Shown here piece after piece: positions 55,099 to 63,761 of a stretch of 64,000 nt of DNA. The stretch comes from a virus. Location: positions 1 to 64,000 of IMG/VR virus record IMGVR_UViG_3300031414_000008, one strand, 5' to 3'. Each line of letters starts with the position of its first letter. Positions within the stretch are counted from its first letter, which is position 1. Below the pieces are notes generated by a model. The model did not search any database. It saw nothing but the letters and a program-made list of their open reading frames with translations, and was not told where the DNA came from. The position numbers were made by a program, and so were the translations under genes.

Positions 55099-57974
55099 GC
55101 ATTACCGACGCGTACGAAAAGTATTGCCCGGAGGTACCTCTCCGGGAACGCAGTGCCACCGATTTCGTCCCGGACGATGACCAGTGCCCCTGGCACGGTG
55201 GCAGCGGTTCCTTCCACATTGTTTTTGATGAGAAAAACCCCGCGGCCGGTTTCGCTAAGTGTTTCTCTTCTGCGTGTATCCACGAAGAGAGCCCTGCGGA
55301 CGTCATTGAGTTCGTACGCCGTACGCTGAACTTAGAGTCTGCCAAAGAGGCGGCCCTGCGGATTAACGCAGACTTCAAACTCGGTCTGGCCTTCGAGGTG
55401 AGCGTTCTCCAGAAGATTTACTGGGAAGCCCTTGAGTATTACGTCAACGGGATGCTGACGACCAAGCTCTATGAGATTCTCGGGCGTAAGACACCGCTCG
55501 ATTACCAGAAGCAAGACCGCGGTCACCGTGAAGATGCTCTGATGCACTTCCGCGTGGGTTGGTCTGACGGTAAGCTCCACGAGCACCTGAAGATGAAGGA
55601 CTTCGAGTACGATGACATGATCGCCTCCGGGTTGGTCGTTCAGCGTAACGGGAAGTACTACGATAAACTGCCGGGCGAATCCTTCATTTACCCTGCGTTC
55701 GTCAATGGACGACCTTCTCGTTTTACCTTCAAGACGCTGCATACCGGTAAACCGAAGCCGGGCAAAGAGCCTGAGAAGCTGACGTGGCAGATTAAGAAAG
55801 AGTACTGGCTCAATGACGTCGTCATGATGGGTCAGGATTCCCTTAAGGACGCCGAGGATGTTGCGATCGTCGAGGGCGAGAACGACATGATCTCTCTGTA
55901 CGAGATGGGCTGGGAAGGCGCTATCCTGTGCCTGAACGGACAACCGTCGAAGCTGCAGTACGAGTTCATTGCAGAAGCACTCAAGCATAAACGTGTCCAC
56001 ACGTTCTATGACGCGGATGAAGCCGGGGATAAATACCGTCGGAACACGTGGACATGGGCCAAGGGCGAAATCCACCAGTACAAAGTTCCCGAGCAAGACA
56101 ATGACATTGATCTCTACATTCAGCGACGCCGTAACGATGAGCTTAATCCTATTGAGCGTCTGCTTGATGTCGGTGAGGTTCCTCGTCCTGCACGCGATGA
56201 AGCTACTAATGCGGAGCTTAAAGTTACTGGTTCTGGCGAGGTTATCGAAAAAGACGGATGCTACTTTGGCTTCAAGTCTTTCACGTCTGCTACCGGTGAT
56301 ACGAAAGAGACACTGACCCAGCTGACGAACTTCACGTTGAAGATGCGAATCATCTATCTGCACCGTGGAGAGCGTATCCGTGAGATCGAATTCATCCGTA
56401 ACGACGGGTATCGCTCTGGTCCGGTCTTCCTGAACTCGGCTGCCCGCTCCTCCCTGCGTCAGTTCCGTGAGTTCTGCTCGCGTTCCTGTGACGGTATCTT
56501 CCAAGGTTCCGACACTGACCTGAACAACCTGTGGCTGCACATCGCGGCAACTCAGCGTGAGCGTACGGTGATCATCCCTGAATACTGCGGCTACGTCAGC
56601 GAAGTGAACATGTGGATCTTCCGTAACATCATGATTAACAACGCGACCGGTGCAATCTACGAGCCGGACTCCCGGGGTATCTTCTGGATTCAGCCGAACC
56701 AGGGGATTATGCCGCAGTCCATCTCCTCCGATATCTTGAACGATGGGATCAATCAGGACGACGCTATCAACATCCCGATGCTGCTCGATGACATGAAGTC
56801 TCACGACGAATTCATGGAGTATCAAGGCGATGTGTTGCACCGTCTGGCTCAGATTGTCGGGATTCAGGAAGCGTGCACCCTGTTTGCGTGGGCTCAGGCG
56901 AACGCGTTCTCGAACGTCATCTTCCAGTCCCAGAACTTCTTCCCGATGCTCCAGCTCTGGGGCCGTCACGGGAAAGGCAAGACGACGATCCTCCAGTGGC
57001 TCTTGGCGACGTTCGATATGTACGAACACAACAAGGGTTACATGACCGTCTCTGCTCTGGAGAAGTCCACCGTCGGTTTCCAGCGTAAGGTCGAGTACTA
57101 CTCGTCCCTGCCGGTCATCGTCGATGAGCTTCGTGCTGACTTCAAGACCCGTGAGCATTACCCGATGTGGCGTGGCATGTTCAACCGTGCACCGCGTACG
57201 CTCGGGACACCGCGTCAAGGCGTGGTCAAGGTGCAGAAGGTGCGTGGCAACATCGGCTTCGGCGGCCAGGACTCCTTTGCGGATGCGGCAATGCAATCCC
57301 GCTGTGCGTCCCTGAAGACCTCTTCAATGAAGTCTACCGATGCGTCTCAGCGTGCCTACAACTGGTTGTCCGAAGAAGTGGAATATTTCCCACGCTTTGG
57401 CTATCATTGGGTACTGGAGTCCACCCGGACTAACCGTGCTGAGCTCGAGGCAAACTGGGAAGAAATGAAGGCGGTCATCAACGCCAACCTGCCTAAGGGT
57501 TCCGACGTCGGCTCTCGTACGAAAGAAATCTGGAAGGTGCTGGGGTGGTTCGCGATGCGCTTCATGGAGACGTACTTCCCGGGCGAAGAGTACCTGCCGT
57601 GGATGATGAACCAGATCTCCCAGGACGTGGCGATGCAGGAAGAAGTCGATATCGTTAACGAACTGTGGAACAAGATTGCGACCTGTCAGGTTGACCGTCG
57701 TGAGACGATTACGACCGAGCACGTTTGCACTGACGGCACTCACCTCTTCCTGTGGTGGCCTGGCGTGATGGAATCGATCTTCCGCGATATGACCCACTTG
57801 GGCCACGCGAAGTCAACTATCCGTACCGCCGTCACGGACGAAAAGTATTACGTCAAAGAGACGACACACCGTATGGGGCCGGCGAACCACGTCCGTAAGG
57901 TCTTGGCCTTCGACCTCGCTACCGCACCGGAGATCGTTAAGCAGATCGCTCAGGTAGCCAACGAAAACCTTTAA
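55071..57974 (+). CDS. Primase-helicase (Zn finger + TOPRIM + P-loop ATPase)
   Basis: CPWH...CFSSAC Zn finger; IVEGEND and YDADEAG TOPRIM motifs; Walker A GRHGKGKT, IVDE. Confidence 0.88.
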   Translation: MFNEIKERVSITDAYEKYCPEVPLRERSATDFVPDDDQCPWHGGSGSFHIVFDEKNPAAGFAKCFSSACIHEESPADVIEFVRRTLNLESAKEAALRINADFKLGLAFEVSVLQKIYWEALEYYVNGMLTTKLYEILGRKTPLDYQKQDRGHREDALMHFRVGWSDGKLHEHLKMKDFEYDDMIASGLVVQRNGKYYDKLPGESFIYPAFVNGRPSRFTFKTLHTGKPKPGKEPEKLTWQIKKEYWLNDVVMMGQDSLKDAEDVAIVEGENDMISLYEMGWEGAILCLNGQPSKLQYEFIAEALKHKRVHTFYDADEAGDKYRRNTWTWAKGEIHQYKVPEQDNDIDLYIQRRRNDELNPIERLLDVGEVPRPARDEATNAELKVTGSGEVIEKDGCYFGFKSFTSATGDTKETLTQLTNFTLKMRIIYLHRGERIREIEFIRNDGYRSGPVFLNSAARSSLRQFREFCSRSCDGIFQGSDTDLNNLWLHIAATQRERTVIIPEYCGYVSEVNMWIFRNIMINNATGAIYEPDSRGIFWIQPNQGIMPQSISSDILNDGINQDDAINIPMLLDDMKSHDEFMEYQGDVLHRLAQIVGIQEACTLFAWAQANAFSNVIFQSQNFFPMLQLWGRHGKGKTTILQWLLATFDMYEHNKGYMTVSALEKSTVGFQRKVEYYSSLPVIVDELRADFKTREHYPMWRGMFNRAPRTLGTPRQGVVKVQKVRGNIGFGGQDSFADAAMQSRCASLKTSSMKSTDASQRAYNWLSEEVEYFPRFGYHWVLESTRTNRAELEANWEEMKAVINANLPKGSDVGSRTKEIWKVLGWFAMRFMETYFPGEEYLPWMMNQISQDVAMQEEVDIVNELWNKIATCQVDRRETITTEHVCTDGTHLFLWWPGVMESIFRDMTHLGHAKSTIRTAVTDEKYYVKETTHRMGPANHVRKVLAFDLATAPEIVKQIAQVANENL

Positions 57975-58005
57975 CTAACCGGGCCCTTCGGGGCCCTACG
58001 AGGAC

Positions 58006-58626
58006 TTGATGAAATACACACCGTACATCCCGAAGAAAGCTGTAATGATCGACGCTGAAACGCTCGACAAAATCCCCTCCTCTGTAGTGCTGTCCTTTGC
58101 GGGACTTATTTTTGAGCCGCTAGGATGTAAGCAGCAGCTGGTCGATGCGAACGACCGCGTGATTGCCCCGAACATCAACATCGTGTTCGAATACAGTCAG
58201 GGCCAGGCTCACCGCTCTAAGTCGCCAAGCACGATCAAGTGGTGGTCTGAACAGTCGGCAGAAGCGAAGGCGGGCGTCTTCAGTGATAAGCTGTTGCGTG
58301 TTGACTACGAGACCGCCGTACGTCGTTTCTACGACTGGCTGGCGTGGGCGAAGTCTGAAGGTGCCGAGGCGATTTACGCGTGCTCCCCTCGCTTTGACGT
58401 CGGTATCCTCGAAGATATGGTCCAGGACGTGTACGGTAAGGACGAGAAAGGTGAGTACTACACGCTGCCGATCCCGTTCTACACCGAGCACGACGTGCGG
58501 TCGATCCGCAACTTCGTTTTCGGTAAGAAAAAGATCGACTGGGGCGTGAAGCACGAAGCGCTGGGTGACTGTGTCCGTCAGTCCCTGGAAATGCAGGAGG
58601 CCTATGCATGGCGGAACTCACTGTAA
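58006..58626 (+). CDS. DEDDh 3'-5' exonuclease
   Basis: MIDAETL, FDVGILE, HDVRS, HEALGDC. Confidence 0.85.
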   Translation: MMKYTPYIPKKAVMIDAETLDKIPSSVVLSFAGLIFEPLGCKQQLVDANDRVIAPNINIVFEYSQGQAHRSKSPSTIKWWSEQSAEAKAGVFSDKLLRVDYETAVRRFYDWLAWAKSEGAEAIYACSPRFDVGILEDMVQDVYGKDEKGEYYTLPIPFYTEHDVRSIRNFVFGKKKIDWGVKHEALGDCVRQSLEMQEAYAWRNSL

Positions 58627-59030
58627 TTCCTGAGAGAATGCCGGTGCGTTTCGACGATGTCGATACCGACAACTGGGCCGCTGAGGCCCTTTGCATGTTG
58701 CAGAACGCGGATTGGGCAGTCCGTCCGCATTTCTTAGTGGGCCTCGATGAGCACGACATGTGGCGAAGCGTTCTTGCGTTCAACCACGTGATGAAGGTTC
58801 AGGGTGTCCCGATGTTCCTGCCTGCACGGAACACGATCCGCCAGCGTATGTCCCGCTCCGGATTGCTCGCGGAAGGCCTGTCCATCATGGGCGGCAACCA
58901 TCCGGAATCCTTCTTCGATCTCATGGAAGGTTCCTTCGCCATCCCGATGGGTGCAACCATCGATGCAGTGTCCGATGCGTATGATGAAGGTCATGCCATC
59001 TACGTGGTCCAACTGAAATTCAAGGGTTAA
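58608..59030 (+). CDS. Hypothetical protein
   Basis: 140 aa, GGAGG RBS, operon-coupled. Confidence 0.75.
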   Translation: MAELTVIPERMPVRFDDVDTDNWAAEALCMLQNADWAVRPHFLVGLDEHDMWRSVLAFNHVMKVQGVPMFLPARNTIRQRMSRSGLLAEGLSIMGGNHPESFFDLMEGSFAIPMGATIDAVSDAYDEGHAIYVVQLKFKG

Positions 59031-59031
59031 T

Positions 59032-59937
59032 ATGTATCAGTATCAAAGCCTTATCCAAGACATCCTCTGTGACGGTATCCGTAAGGAAGATCGTACCGGC
59101 ACAGGGACTGTCAGCATCATCGGCGAGTTGCGTCGCTACCCGTTGCGTCAGAACGAAGCTCCGGTGATGCCGATCGTCACCGTCAAGAAGACGAACATCC
59201 GTTCGATCATCCACGAACTCCTCTGGTTCATCCGCGGGGAGACGAATATCAACACACTCGGTTGCGGAATCTGGAACGAGTGGGCGGACGCTAACGGCGA
59301 GCTGGGCCCGATCTACGGTAAACAGTGGCGCCGTTGGACTGACACCAAGATTTGTGACGCTGAAGGTGAACGTCGTCTCGAACTGGAAGACCGTGGCTAC
59401 GAAGTTGAAGGCATGCTGGATGGCGGACCGGTCCCTCGCGTCGTGATGACCCGAGACATCGACCAGCTGACTCAGGCGATCGAGATGCTTCGTACTAACC
59501 CTGACTCCCGTCGCATCATCGTGTCGGCATGGAACCCTGGTGACATCGACGACATGGCTTTACCGCCGTGCCACTCCTTCTTCCAGTTCTTCTCGGAAGA
59601 GGTCGATGGTCAGCGCTTCCTGACGTGCCTGCTGTACCAGCGTTCAGCTGACGTCTTCCTGGGCGTACCGTTCAACATTGCGTCCTACGCTCTGCTGACA
59701 CACATGGTAGCCTCTGTAACGAACCACACGGCCCTGGAGCTCGTCCACGTCACAGGTGACACTCACCTATACTCGAACCATTTGGACCTCGCAGAGCCGC
59801 TCGTAGAGGCCTCTACGTACCCTCTGGCAGGCATCCGTCTGGCAGACCGGATGGACATCGATGAGTTCACCTTCGATGACATTCAGATCCTGAACTACCA
59901 ATCAGGCCCATTCATTAAAGCACCGGTGGCGATATGA
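59032..59937 (+). CDS. thyA: Thymidylate synthase
   Basis: DRTGTGT, ELLWF, LGPIYGKQWR, MALPPCH, YQRSAD..LGVPFNIASY, GDTHLY.NH. Confidence 0.97.
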   Translation: MYQYQSLIQDILCDGIRKEDRTGTGTVSIIGELRRYPLRQNEAPVMPIVTVKKTNIRSIIHELLWFIRGETNINTLGCGIWNEWADANGELGPIYGKQWRRWTDTKICDAEGERRLELEDRGYEVEGMLDGGPVPRVVMTRDIDQLTQAIEMLRTNPDSRRIIVSAWNPGDIDDMALPPCHSFFQFFSEEVDGQRFLTCLLYQRSADVFLGVPFNIASYALLTHMVASVTNHTALELVHVTGDTHLYSNHLDLAEPLVEASTYPLAGIRLADRMDIDEFTFDDIQILNYQSGPFIKAPVAI

Positions 59938-60116
59938 AATCAGTAATCTCAGCATGTTTATGGTTCTGGGGCGTCCTGTTCGCTTTTGGCAGTGACCTGG
60001 CACGTTATGTACACTGGGAGAAAACCGGTATCGGCCTGGGTGCCGCCTCGGTGGTTATCTTCGGGATCCTGGTTTGGTTCCACTTCTGGGGATGCAAGCG
60101 TGTCAAAGGCGCGTAA
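59934..60116 (+). CDS. Small two-TM membrane protein
   Basis: 60 aa, two hydrophobic stretches, ATGA overlap with thyA. Confidence 0.65.
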   Translation: MKSVISACLWFWGVLFAFGSDLARYVHWEKTGIGLGAASVVIFGILVWFHFWGCKRVKGA

Positions 60117-60276
60117 TGTCCTCTGGAACGTCGTAAAGTGGGGCGTCATGATCGGAAGCTACGTGGCGATCATCTCGTCCTACTGGATGGTTGACAGCTG
60201 GGGTAAGGAAATCCTGGCGTCGCTGGCGGCGATCGGCTTTGCGGCTACTATCGCGTTTTGGTGGAAAGACAGATAA
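60100..60276 (+). CDS. Small two-TM membrane protein
   Basis: Probable GTG start 60100 (GGGGA RBS); 58 aa with two hydrophobic stretches. Confidence 0.6.
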   Translation: MSKARNVLWNVVKWGVMIGSYVAIISSYWMVDSWGKEILASLAAIGFAATIAFWWKDR

Positions 60277-60366
60277 AAAGGACCCCGGTGGCAAGGAGGT
60301 AATCCATCCGGGGTCAAGAGGGGTGTCTGAACACAACAGAGATGGGATGATAGTAGCTCAGTTTCT

Positions 60367-60374
60367 GGTATAAG
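60367..60374 (+). promoter_or_regulatory. GGTATAAG phage promoter motif
   Basis: Upstream of the ligase gene. Confidence 0.65.
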
Positions 60375-60394
60375 TAAAGCATGGAGGAGAATTT

Positions 60395-61477
60395 ATGAAG
60401 CAATATCTATCAACCCTCTTGAAGACTGATTCCAAAGGGATCACTCAGGAGTGGAAGGTCTGGTATCGTGGCAAAGTCGACGGTACTGCAGAGATCGGCA
60501 CTGAGTACGGTCGACAGGGCGGGAAAATGCAGGAACACTCGGTGATCATCCGTGAAGGGAAGAACATCGGGCGTAAGAACGAGACGACTCCTCTGACGCA
60601 AGCAGCAGCTGAGGCTCAGTCTCAGTGGAACGAGAAGGTCCGTAAGGGCTACTCAGCGGACGGCGTGCAAGACGCGACTCGCGGTGTGATGCTGGCGGTG
60701 GACTATCACGACCTGGCCAAACGCCGGATCGGGGTCAACCTGCCGGACGTCGTCATTGTGGATCCGAAGCTTGATGGGATCCGTGCGAAGTGGCTGGAGC
60801 GTGACTTCCTGTCCCGTGGGCACAAGGCCTTCCGAGCAATCCCTGAGCGTATTCACCATTATATGCGTGGACGAGGTCCGGTGGATGGCGAAATGTACAT
60901 CCATGGTGTGTCGCTGCGTACGCTGAACGGACTGGTGAACAAACCTCACGAAATCCTGACGCCGCGTCTGCAGTACCACCTCTTCGACTTACCGATTCCC
61001 CGTATCCCCGTGGAAGAACGTAAGGCGATGCTCGTGGAGATGTACGACAACGAGGAAGCCCGTGCGAACGGTATCTTCGTCGTCCCGCATTTCCGGATTG
61101 CGTCGGATCGTGTCCGTGAGTACATGGATCGGTTCATCGCTGGCGGCTACGAAGGCATCATGATTCGTCTTCTCGGTTCGCCGTACCTGTTCCAGAACAA
61201 GCGTTCCTACGACCTGATCAAGTGGAAAGATTTCCTTGAGATGGAGTTCCGGGTGAAGGACATTATCCCGGATCGTGAAGGGTATGCTCTGGCGGTCTGT
61301 GAGCACGAGGGTGTGGAGTTCGAGGTCACCTTGAAGGCAACGGACTGGATGAAGGATGACATCATGAAGCACCCGGAGAAACTGGTCGGCTTCCCACTCA
61401 CGACTCGCTTCCAGGGGTGGCTCGACTCGGGTAAACCACAGTTTGCGAGAGGTATCGTTGAGCGTATCTACGAATAA
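60395..61477 (+). CDS. ATP-dependent DNA ligase with N-terminal WGR-like extension
   Basis: PKLDGIR, VDGEMY, YHLFDL, EGIMIR, LIKWK. Confidence 0.93.
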   Translation: MKQYLSTLLKTDSKGITQEWKVWYRGKVDGTAEIGTEYGRQGGKMQEHSVIIREGKNIGRKNETTPLTQAAAEAQSQWNEKVRKGYSADGVQDATRGVMLAVDYHDLAKRRIGVNLPDVVIVDPKLDGIRAKWLERDFLSRGHKAFRAIPERIHHYMRGRGPVDGEMYIHGVSLRTLNGLVNKPHEILTPRLQYHLFDLPIPRIPVEERKAMLVEMYDNEEARANGIFVVPHFRIASDRVREYMDRFIAGGYEGIMIRLLGSPYLFQNKRSYDLIKWKDFLEMEFRVKDIIPDREGYALAVCEHEGVEFEVTLKATDWMKDDIMKHPEKLVGFPLTTRFQGWLDSGKPQFARGIVERIYE

Positions 61478-61658
61478 GGTCGAACAGGCCGCTAAGCTCT
61501 GTGAGGAAGTCCTTGCAGAGCTGGACAAGACGACGGACGTCGCAGAGCGCTGTATTCTGCTGAACGTCCTTTCTGATCAACTAACGAAATGGAACCTCGA
61601 CATGAAGCTCGAGTTAATCCGGAGAAAGAGCCGTGAGTCTGTTAACACTAATCCGTGA
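61443..61658 (+). CDS. Small helical hypothetical protein (start uncertain)
   Basis: 71 aa ORF filling the gap between ligase and the next gene. Confidence 0.45.
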   Translation: MREVSLSVSTNKVEQAAKLCEEVLAELDKTTDVAERCILLNVLSDQLTKWNLDMKLELIRRKSRESVNTNP

Positions 61659-61896
61659 ACAATCGATCGCCGCTAACGTTGCCGTTGCCGGGGAAGCTTA
61701 TAAGTACGTCACTGAGCAAATGCTGCTGGATGCCAAGTCTGGTGCCCATAATGCAAAATACTCGGTTGAAGATTACCCGATGATCGAGCGTACTAACACC
61801 GTCTTGGCGCTGCAGATGCAGGGGTTCAACTGTGACTTCCAGGATGAGTCTCGTCGTATCATCTCCATCTACTGGAAGCCGCGTCACCCGCGTTAA
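61633..61896 (+). CDS. Hypothetical protein
   Basis: 87 aa, GTG start, GGAG RBS; ends ISIYW, loosely like 62145-62420 (MRICW). Confidence 0.65.
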   Translation: MSLLTLIREQSIAANVAVAGEAYKYVTEQMLLDAKSGAHNAKYSVEDYPMIERTNTVLALQMQGFNCDFQDESRRIISIYWKPRHPR

Positions 61897-61914
61897 ATAA
61901 CGGCTGATCCACGT

Positions 61915-61922
61915 GGTATAAG
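61915..61922 (+). promoter_or_regulatory. GGTATAAG phage promoter motif
   Basis: GGTATAAG-AGAA-GTGTA. Confidence 0.65.
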
Positions 61923-61952
61923 AGAAGTGTAAACCTAATAGGGGAAAATCTT

Positions 61953-62060
61953 ATGTCACGTGGAAAAGCAATTCTGTTCGCAATCTTCATCTCTACCGCA
62001 TTCATCGTCACTGGCACGATGGACTACAATTCGCAGATAGCAGTACTTTCGAACCGCTAG
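61953..62060 (+). CDS. 35-aa single-TM peptide
   Basis: AGGGG RBS; MSRGKAILFAIFISTAFIVTGTMDYNSQIAVLSNR; own promoter and terminator. Confidence 0.65.
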   Translation: MSRGKAILFAIFISTAFIVTGTMDYNSQIAVLSNR

Positions 62061-62067
62061 TCGGTTC

Positions 62068-62099
62068 ACGGGGCCTCACTTCCTTGGACCCCGTTTTTT
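62068..62099 (+). terminator. Rho-independent terminator
   Basis: ACGGGG...CCCCGT-TTTTT. Confidence 0.6.
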
Positions 62100-62110
62100 A
62101 GCCCGGTTCT

Positions 62111-62118
62111 GGTATAAG
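62111..62118 (+). promoter_or_regulatory. GGTATAAG phage promoter motif
   Basis: 26 nt before ATG 62145. Confidence 0.65.
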
Positions 62119-62144
62119 AGAAGTATCAACCAAAGGAGAATTCA

Positions 62145-62420
62145 ATGACCGCCAATGAAGCCCGTGAAGCCAGTCTCGCCGTTGCCAAATCTCTCATGAC
62201 TATGATCTTCACCGACATCCAGAAAGCCTCGAGTGAAGGACGACTCTATATCGACTATGACATGCAGGATGATCTGCACGACCTGTATGATTACTTCGTC
62301 GTCGCAGAGCTTGAGAAGATGGGGTACAGCGTGAACACCACCTCGAGAACGTCTTCGAGTTCCGAGACGGGTGACCGGGTAATCCGTTATATGCGTATCT
62401 GCTGGTATCCAAAGCCGTAA
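62145..62420 (+). CDS. Hypothetical protein
   Basis: 91 aa, AAGGAG RBS. Confidence 0.75.
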   Translation: MTANEAREASLAVAKSLMTMIFTDIQKASSEGRLYIDYDMQDDLHDLYDYFVVAELEKMGYSVNTTSRTSSSSETGDRVIRYMRICWYPKP

Positions 62421-62465
62421 GCCTAAACTAAGAGAACACACCGTTCTCTTTTAGTGAGGAAAACA

Positions 62466-63095
62466 ATGAACTGGACAGACATCGATAACTTAGACCTAGA
62501 CCAAGCGGCGCTGGCCGTGTGGGAGAGAAACCATACCCGTACCCGCCTCGAGACCGTTCGCCGCATGCTCGCCGGCCAGGGTGTCGTGGAGGATCACGCT
62601 GGGTACAAACCGGACGGTGACTTCAAGCACCAGATGGTGAACCTCGGGCCGTACGCCGAGAGAGTAGTTGCAAGACTCCTGACAAAAGGTGATAATATCG
62701 CAGTCCGGGCTCCGGATAATAATAACTCACGCGATATCTACATCATCAGCAACGGCCAGGTCCAGCCTCACGGCGCCCAGGTCAAGTTAGGAGATCCTAA
62801 TGAACACATTTTCTACTCGCTCCGTAAGAGATTGGCTAGTGGCAATCGCGATACGATTATCGTCGACGATAGCCTCCTTGAAGACGGAAAGCTGGGTTCA
62901 AACTTCACTCCGTACAAAAGATCTGTGCTCCAATCCGACCTGGACCGAACCGGTGTCCGAGTTGTCGGGGTACCGGGCTTGGTCTCGCGAGCAAGGACTG
63001 AAAGACAGATTCAGGGCGGCGGGCTTTCCGGTCTCTTTGCTCGAGCGAAGAGAATTGCCCAGAACGCAATACATCATAAAGAAATTGAACTCTAA
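62466..63095 (+). CDS. Putative restriction-endonuclease-fold nuclease
   Basis: G..AE..VA.LL...R......RDI......AQVK fits a PD-(D/E)xK layout with QxK; start ATG 62466. Confidence 0.55.
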   Translation: MNWTDIDNLDLDQAALAVWERNHTRTRLETVRRMLAGQGVVEDHAGYKPDGDFKHQMVNLGPYAERVVARLLTKGDNIAVRAPDNNNSRDIYIISNGQVQPHGAQVKLGDPNEHIFYSLRKRLASGNRDTIIVDDSLLEDGKLGSNFTPYKRSVLQSDLDRTGVRVVGVPGLVSRARTERQIQGGGLSGLFARAKRIAQNAIHHKEIEL

Positions 63096-63098
63096 CGC

Positions 63099-63127
63099 TT
63101 GACACCCCTGCTCGATATCGTTATAGT
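63099..63127 (+). promoter_or_regulatory. Host sigma70-type promoter
   Basis: TTGACA (63099-63104)-N17-TATAGT (63122-63127). Confidence 0.8.
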
Positions 63128-63159
63128 AGCAACATCTTCCACTACTTAGGTATCGAGCA

Positions 63160-63375
63160 ATGAAAAAGTCCTCAGGAATGCAGTACGAAGTTCGTCCAGT
63201 AATGCCGAAAGGCAAAGACGGTGTGGCCAAGAAAGGTCGTTACGGCAAGAAGCCGGAAAGCCAGATCTACCACGCTCACTCACCGGACGCTGCCCTGAAG
63301 CAGGCGGTGGTCAAGGGATTCATCCCGAGCAACACCGTAATGCAGTACTACGAGGCAGTACCGACTCGTAAGTAA
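63160..63375 (+). CDS. Small basic hypothetical protein
   Basis: 71 aa, Lys-rich, between a sigma70 promoter and a terminator. Confidence 0.7.
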   Translation: MKKSSGMQYEVRPVMPKGKDGVAKKGRYGKKPESQIYHAHSPDAALKQAVVKGFIPSNTVMQYYEAVPTRK

Positions 63376-63379
63376 TCCC

Positions 63380-63404
63380 AGAGCCCACTTCGGTGGGCTT
63401 TTTC
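63380..63404 (+). terminator. Rho-independent terminator
   Basis: AGCCCAC-TTCG-GTGGGCT-TTTT. Confidence 0.85.
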
Positions 63405-63420
63405 ATACCTGTTTTTCACC

Positions 63421-63634
63421 CCTCCGTTACACCAAAAGTTACACACAAACCCTTACGCCATGCGGCTTTCAGAGCATCCAAACGTTGTAACCTTTCAAAC
63501 GTCACCCTAAGACATCTATAGGTAGAGTCCTACTATATATATTACGAATGTCTTTTTTTAAAAAATAAATAATATATGGACCCTAGGGAGCTATGGGGCT
63601 GTGTTGAGGTGAGTTTGTATGGTTACAACGTTTG
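63421..63634. repeat. Origin-like element, copy 2
   Basis: Same architecture as 26234-26449; IR arms 63479-63492 and 63621-63634. Confidence 0.9.
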
Positions 63635-63703
63635 CGGTGACCGTTCTCAGCGTCGTGGTGGGCTTTCGCTCGTACGCCAAGGTCCCGAATCGGGGTAAAT
63701 GCT

Positions 63704-63711
63704 GGTATAAC
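63704..63711 (+). promoter_or_regulatory. GGTATAAC promoter motif variant
   Basis: Upstream of the last partial gene. Confidence 0.55.
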
Positions 63712-63761
63712 AATAGTAACGTACAGAGTCCCTTCTGGGACATTTTCATTTAGGTGATGAC

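Noticed and set aside
55332-57296. 654-aa - strand ORF
   Set aside because: Antisense to the primase-helicase; no recognisable motifs.
59330-59460. Insertion in ThyA as a possible intron or intein
   Set aside because: In frame, about 35 aa, no intein splice motifs; variable inserts at this position are known in ThyA.
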